Assembly (NCBI GenBank): GCA_036170245.1
Contig: JAVHOV010000031.1
Coordinates: 1-31,398 of the forward strand
Direction: 5' to 3'
Length of the DNA: 31,398 nucleotides
Source: an archaeon
GTDB taxonomy: Archaea > Iainarchaeota > Iainarchaeia > Iainarchaeales > JAAZKV01
The position numbers and the translations under genes are program-made. The notes under the pieces are model-generated. The model had not been told where the DNA came from. It saw only the letters and a program-made list of their open reading frames with translations, and did no database searches. Position 1 is the stretch's first letter. Each line of letters opens with the position of its first letter. Below, piece by piece: positions 27,520 through 31,398 of this stretch.

Positions 27520-28140
27520 TTAGCAAATAGCAAATATTTTGCCTAAAAGTTTATCTTTCTTCTTCCGACTAATGTAAGTTTTCCCAAATCTAACAAGAAT
27601 AGGATTAATTCTTTTCCAATATCTTTTAGGAAATAATTGTTTTAGACTAGATTCAATCTTTTCAGAAGATTTACTTTTTGCCCACCCTAATTTATTTGAA
27701 ATATAGGCTACATGAGTATCAATTCCAATTGTGTCAAAACCCATTTCAGACAAAAACACATTAGCTGTTTTTCTGCCAACCCCAGGCAACTTAATCAAAT
27801 CTTCAAAGCTTAAGGGAACTTTACCCCCATAGTCATTAACTAAACTCTTTGCGCACTCAATAATATTTGCGGCTTTTGTTTTGTTATAATTTAAACTTTT
27901 TAACACAAATAATACTTCCATATATTCAGCATTTGCCAATCTTCTTAATGAAGGATACTTCCTGAACAAATCAGTGGCAATCTTAATTGTCATTTCATCC
28001 CTTGATTGTGCAGACATCGCAGTTGCAATAAGAATTTTCCAAGGTTTATCCCATTGTTCAGCAGCAAGCCTCATTTTTGAAGAAAATAGTTTCAACATTT
28101 TTAATTGATTAATAGCTTTTGCTCTTTTTTTATTATCCAC
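27520..28140 (-). CDS. nth: Endonuclease III-family glycosylase lacking the C-terminal 4Fe-4S motif
   Basis: SAQSRD, HhH LPGVGRKTA, catalytic IDTHV; ends FGKTYISRKKKDKLL with no Cys cluster. Confidence 0.88.
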   Translation of the reverse strand: MDNKKRAKAINQLKMLKLFSSKMRLAAEQWDKPWKILIATAMSAQSRDEMTIKIATDLFRKYPSLRRLANAEYMEVLFVLKSLNYNKTKAANIIECAKSLVNDYGGKVPLSFEDLIKLPGVGRKTANVFLSEMGFDTIGIDTHVAYISNKLGWAKSKSSEKIESSLKQLFPKRYWKRINPILVRFGKTYISRKKKDKLLGKIFAIC

Positions 28141-28182
28141 AAAATCAACCTACAATAACAACTACTAATTTACACAAAAAAA

Positions 28183-29259
28183 TCAATAATCAAATAGTTT
28201 CTTCTGAAATCCAGTGTTCTCTTCAAAATTTGAAACCTTTATCCCAATTCTTCTAATATAAGCGTTTGATTCATTCAAAAAAGATTTTAACAATTCTCTT
28301 GAAACTTCCTTTAATTCATCAATTGATTCTATATCACTTGGTTTTGTCCTTGATTTTGTGATTGTCTCCATTTTATCAGTAACCACAATCAAAGAAATTG
28401 TTCTAAACTTTTTCTTCAAATCCAAAACCTGTTTGTATAACATATCAACTAAAAAATCAACATTTTGAACAACAACATCAAAATCAACTGAGTCTTCTTT
28501 AATTGTCATAAGCCTGCTTAACTGCTGTTTTTCTCTATTTGGTTCAATTGCACGAGAATCAATTCCAAAAGCAAAATCATAAAACCTTGCTCCAAGCACT
28601 TCCCCAAACCATCCGATTAAATCAACTTTCTTGAATTTTTTAATATCAGCAACCATTACAACCCCATGTTTTTTGAATTCTTCTTCAGATTTTTCTCCAA
28701 CTCCAATTAAATCAGTTGCTCTTTGTTTTAACAAAAATGAATCAACATCACTAGGCTTAACAACACCCAATCCATCAGGCTTTTTTAGAGAACAAATCAT
28801 TTTTGAAATTAATTTATTTGGGCCAACACCTATTGAACATGTCAAGCCAAGCTCCAACTTTATTCTTTGCTTCATTTTATTACATAATTCAATTGCCTTA
28901 TCATACCCACTAGGATTTGTTAAATCAAAATAAGCTTCATCAATAGAAACCTGTTCTACTTTTTCACAAAAATAATCAACTATCTCAAATATTTTGGCAG
29001 AAATTTCTTCATAGTAATGTTTGTCAGCATTAATAAAAACCGTTGAAGCATCAGCCAGTTTTTTTGCAAGACTTAGAGGCATTCCGGATTTTATCTTTAG
29101 TGCCCTAGCTTCATAATTACAAGTAGCAATTGCCCCAGAATTTTCTCTTATTGAGGGCATTACAATAACAACAGGTCTTCCTCGGATAGCAGGATTTCTT
29201 TGTATTTCACATTGGGCATAAAAATAGTCCAAATCAATCAGACCAATTATCTTATCCAT
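28183..29259 (-). CDS. dinB: DNA polymerase IV (Y family, DinB/Dpo4)
   Basis: IDLDYFYAQCE, NYEAR, SIDEAY, KKPDG, IRRIGI; C-terminal QKKLFDY PIP box. Confidence 0.93.
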   Translation of the reverse strand: MDKIIGLIDLDYFYAQCEIQRNPAIRGRPVVIVMPSIRENSGAIATCNYEARALKIKSGMPLSLAKKLADASTVFINADKHYYEEISAKIFEIVDYFCEKVEQVSIDEAYFDLTNPSGYDKAIELCNKMKQRIKLELGLTCSIGVGPNKLISKMICSLKKPDGLGVVKPSDVDSFLLKQRATDLIGVGEKSEEEFKKHGVVMVADIKKFKKVDLIGWFGEVLGARFYDFAFGIDSRAIEPNREKQQLSRLMTIKEDSVDFDVVVQNVDFLVDMLYKQVLDLKKKFRTISLIVVTDKMETITKSRTKPSDIESIDELKEVSRELLKSFLNESNAYIRRIGIKVSNFEENTGFQKKLFDY

Positions 29260-29310
29260 AAAAGAATACTCTAAAAGAGGTTCTTTTAATTATTACCAAA
29301 AAGTACTTTC

Positions 29311-30114
29311 ATGAGAATGGACCCTATAAAAAAAGAAAAACTAGTAAAAGAACTATACGAAAAATACCCCTACCCATCAAGAATTGATTCAACTGAGGAA
29401 AAACTCAAATCATTTGCTCTTTGGACTGCTAGAATAATTAATAAAGATAATTCATTTTGGGACGGAAAAGAAGTACTTGAACTAGGATGCGGAACAGGCG
29501 AACTTTCAGTAGGGCTTGCGTTATGCAAAGCAAATGTAACTGCAGTTGACTTTTCCAATTCTTCAATAAAAAAGGCAAGGGCACTTGCAGAAAAAAGATG
29601 CAACAAAAATAAACCCACATACTTTTTGAAAAACATTTTAGAGCTAACTGAAAATGAATTCGGTAAAAAATTTGACATTGTTATTGCTCTTGGCTCTCTT
29701 CACCACACAATTGATGCAAAAAGAGGTTTTGAAATAGGATGCAAACAATTGAAAGAAAATGGAATAATAATTATTGGATTATACAATAAATATTCAAGAG
29801 CACGACACAGAGTAAAAAGAATATTAGTAAGACTAATTGCAGGAAATGATATTGAAAAAAGAATTAAACTTGGAGAATTATTTTATAACAAAAAAACTCC
29901 AAAAGAACGAATTGCAGATAAATTTGGCCAAGTACATGAATCATACCACAGCATAAGTGAAATACAAAAATGGTTCAAAGAACAGAATTTAGAATTTATT
30001 GGATCAAAACCAGAATACAAGACACCCCGAATTGATGAAATAAAATGGTTAATCCAAAGAAAAAATGCTTTTTTTGTCATGAGCGCAAAAAAGAAAGACA
30101 AACAATCACCCTAG
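29311..30114 (+). CDS. Class I SAM-dependent methyltransferase
   Basis: VLELGCGTG, VDFS, FDIV...GSLHHT. Confidence 0.85.
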   Translation: MRMDPIKKEKLVKELYEKYPYPSRIDSTEEKLKSFALWTARIINKDNSFWDGKEVLELGCGTGELSVGLALCKANVTAVDFSNSSIKKARALAEKRCNKNKPTYFLKNILELTENEFGKKFDIVIALGSLHHTIDAKRGFEIGCKQLKENGIIIIGLYNKYSRARHRVKRILVRLIAGNDIEKRIKLGELFYNKKTPKERIADKFGQVHESYHSISEIQKWFKEQNLEFIGSKPEYKTPRIDEIKWLIQRKNAFFVMSAKKKDKQSP

Positions 30115-30134
30115 AAACTAGTGTGTGTTTTTGC

Positions 30135-30170
30135 CGAAAGCTTTAAAAAACATATGAATAACATTTCATG
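30135..30170 (+). promoter_or_regulatory. BRE-TATA plus operator CATATGAA-N6-TTCATG
   Basis: CGAAAGC-TTTAAAAAA-CATATGAATAACATTTCATG (operator 30151-30170). Confidence 0.65.
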
Positions 30171-30189
30171 GATTAGAGGTGGATGAAAA

Positions 30190-30438
30190 ATGGCTAAAGT
30201 AATAGTATACTCAACAAGCACTTGTCCTTACTGCGTAATGGCAAAACAATGGCTTAAGGAAAAGAAGGTAGAGTTTGATGACATTAATGTTGGAATAGAT
30301 CAGGACAAAGCCCGAGAAATGATTAAAAAAAGTGGGCAAATGGGTGTACCTGTAATTGATATTGATGGGGAAATAATTATAGGCTTTGATAGACCAAAAA
30401 TGGAATCCTCATTAAAAACGAAAGGATTAACAAAGTAA
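30190..30438 (+). CDS. Glutaredoxin / NrdH-like redoxin
   Basis: YSTSTCPYC, GQMGVPV, IIGFD; GAGGTGG SD. Confidence 0.92.
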   Translation: MAKVIVYSTSTCPYCVMAKQWLKEKKVEFDDINVGIDQDKAREMIKKSGQMGVPVIDIDGEIIIGFDRPKMESSLKTKGLTK

Positions 30439-30524
30439 AAACATTAGTAAAATTAATTGATTTGTAAAAATACAGATCAATTATAACTTTTTTTAAATTT
30501 TTATTTAAACTTACTTAAAATTAA

Positions 30525-31244
30525 TCAAATTTTTAATTTACCCTCAAAGAATTTGAAATAAATCATTTCAACCAGAATAATTATTGCAAGTAAAACCCAC
30601 CACTGTCTTTCAAAATTAACAGTAATTAATTTCATTGCAAACATTGCCATTGAAATTGCTAAAATAAATAACCAAGTAAGAATAGCCCAAAATAATGCTT
30701 TCTTCCACCAAATATTATTAAACATCCCCCTACTTCTAGTGTGAGTCAAAGTAGCTGCTTCAGCAGGAACATCTTCACCCAAATCATCTTCACCCTCAAT
30801 AGGAGCTTCTTCGCTTAACTCAGAATCATCACCGATTTCTTGTTCACCCAAATTTTCTTCCCCTTGCGCATCTAACTCTTCACTAGATTCACCTTCAGCA
30901 AATTCATCTTCTTGAGCAGGTTCTTGATCAAAATCATCTTCTTTAACAGTTTTCTTTTTTTGTCTGATTAAATTCATTTCATTAGAAATAGAACCATGAG
31001 AATATCTGCTCTTTTTTGAGTCATAAACATCATCTTCATCAGAATTGTATTTCTGAGCTTTATCATGAATTATAACCGGTTTTTCAACTATAAATGTTTT
31101 TACTCTAACTTTTTCAGGCTTTGGCATTTCACTTTTAATTATTTCTTTCATTCTTTGAAAAAATCCTTCATTGTCATTAGACCTAGAAACAGGAACAGAT
31201 TTCTTTACAGCAAATCTTTTTTTTACTTTCTTTTTAATTGCCAT
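30525..31244 (-). CDS. Hypothetical protein with basic N-terminus, acidic linker and two C-terminal TM helices
   Basis: ORF composition; TATA-like motif about 22 nt upstream. Confidence 0.7.
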   Translation of the reverse strand: MAIKKKVKKRFAVKKSVPVSRSNDNEGFFQRMKEIIKSEMPKPEKVRVKTFIVEKPVIIHDKAQKYNSDEDDVYDSKKSRYSHGSISNEMNLIRQKKKTVKEDDFDQEPAQEDEFAEGESSEELDAQGEENLGEQEIGDDSELSEEAPIEGEDDLGEDVPAEAATLTHTRSRGMFNNIWWKKALFWAILTWLFILAISMAMFAMKLITVNFERQWWVLLAIIILVEMIYFKFFEGKLKI

Positions 31245-31288
31245 GCAGAAATAAGGAAAAAGAGGTATTTAATTATTACTAAGGGCAA

Positions 31289-31398
31289 GGTTCTGTAGAA
31301 ATCCTATTAGGTTTGTATCCAAAGCTTAATTTTTATGATTCGCCCGATGTGTTCAATGTTGTATGCTAATGCTTTGATTGTTACTGTTTTTTGTTGAT
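31289..31398 (-). mobile_element. One end of a probable IS5-like element, cut by the window edge
   Basis: GGTTCTGTAGAAATCC TIR-like end at 31289. Minus-strand frame ...QQKTVTIKALAYNIEHIGRIIKIKLWIQT* (stop 31307-31309) resembles a DDE transposase C-terminus. Confidence 0.6.

Noticed and set aside
26440..27580. Archaeal BHB intron in nth containing the LAGLIDADG gene
   Set aside because: The endonuclease is antisense to nth. An 8-bp pairing (UUAGUCGG/UUGACUAA) exists, but the flanks do not form a bulge-helix-bulge, and splicing there would duplicate the FGK/CGR segment.
1..31398. CRISPR arrays, tRNA or rRNA genes
   Set aside because: No spaced repeats, cloverleafs or long GC-rich RNA-like segments were seen by eye.

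Overview
AT-rich archaeal chromosome segment. Histone, TFB, S8e, Hef, TATA/BRE promoters and GGTG Shine-Dalgarno sites mark it as archaeal; the gene content is DPANN-like (Diapherotrites/Iainarchaeota is only a guess). Housekeeping genes include rubrerythrin, form III RuBisCO, Hef, hicBA, rps8e, tfb, aroA'/aroB', rnhB, scpB, leuS, trxB, nth, dinB and glutaredoxin. They are mixed with three class III signal-peptide surface proteins, one complete ISA1214-like IS, the end of a second IS and a free-standing LAGLIDADG endonuclease. The top finding is an unannotated, probably leaderless 26-aa ORF ending NSNFWYFYFE (17711-17791, minus strand). It lies between a TATA box and the aroA'-aroB' operon and is followed by mutually exclusive hairpins, which makes it a candidate ribosome-coupled attenuator sensing Phe, Trp and Tyr in an archaeon. 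Other notable items: a 714-bp direct repeat of the tfb 3' end, each copy followed by a different LamG adhesin allele; an orphaned 4Fe-4S tail of endonuclease III beyond the LAGLIDADG gene; and a TGAA-N6-TTCA operator shared by two redox-gene promoters. All calls come from reading motifs by eye; no database searches or folding programs were run.
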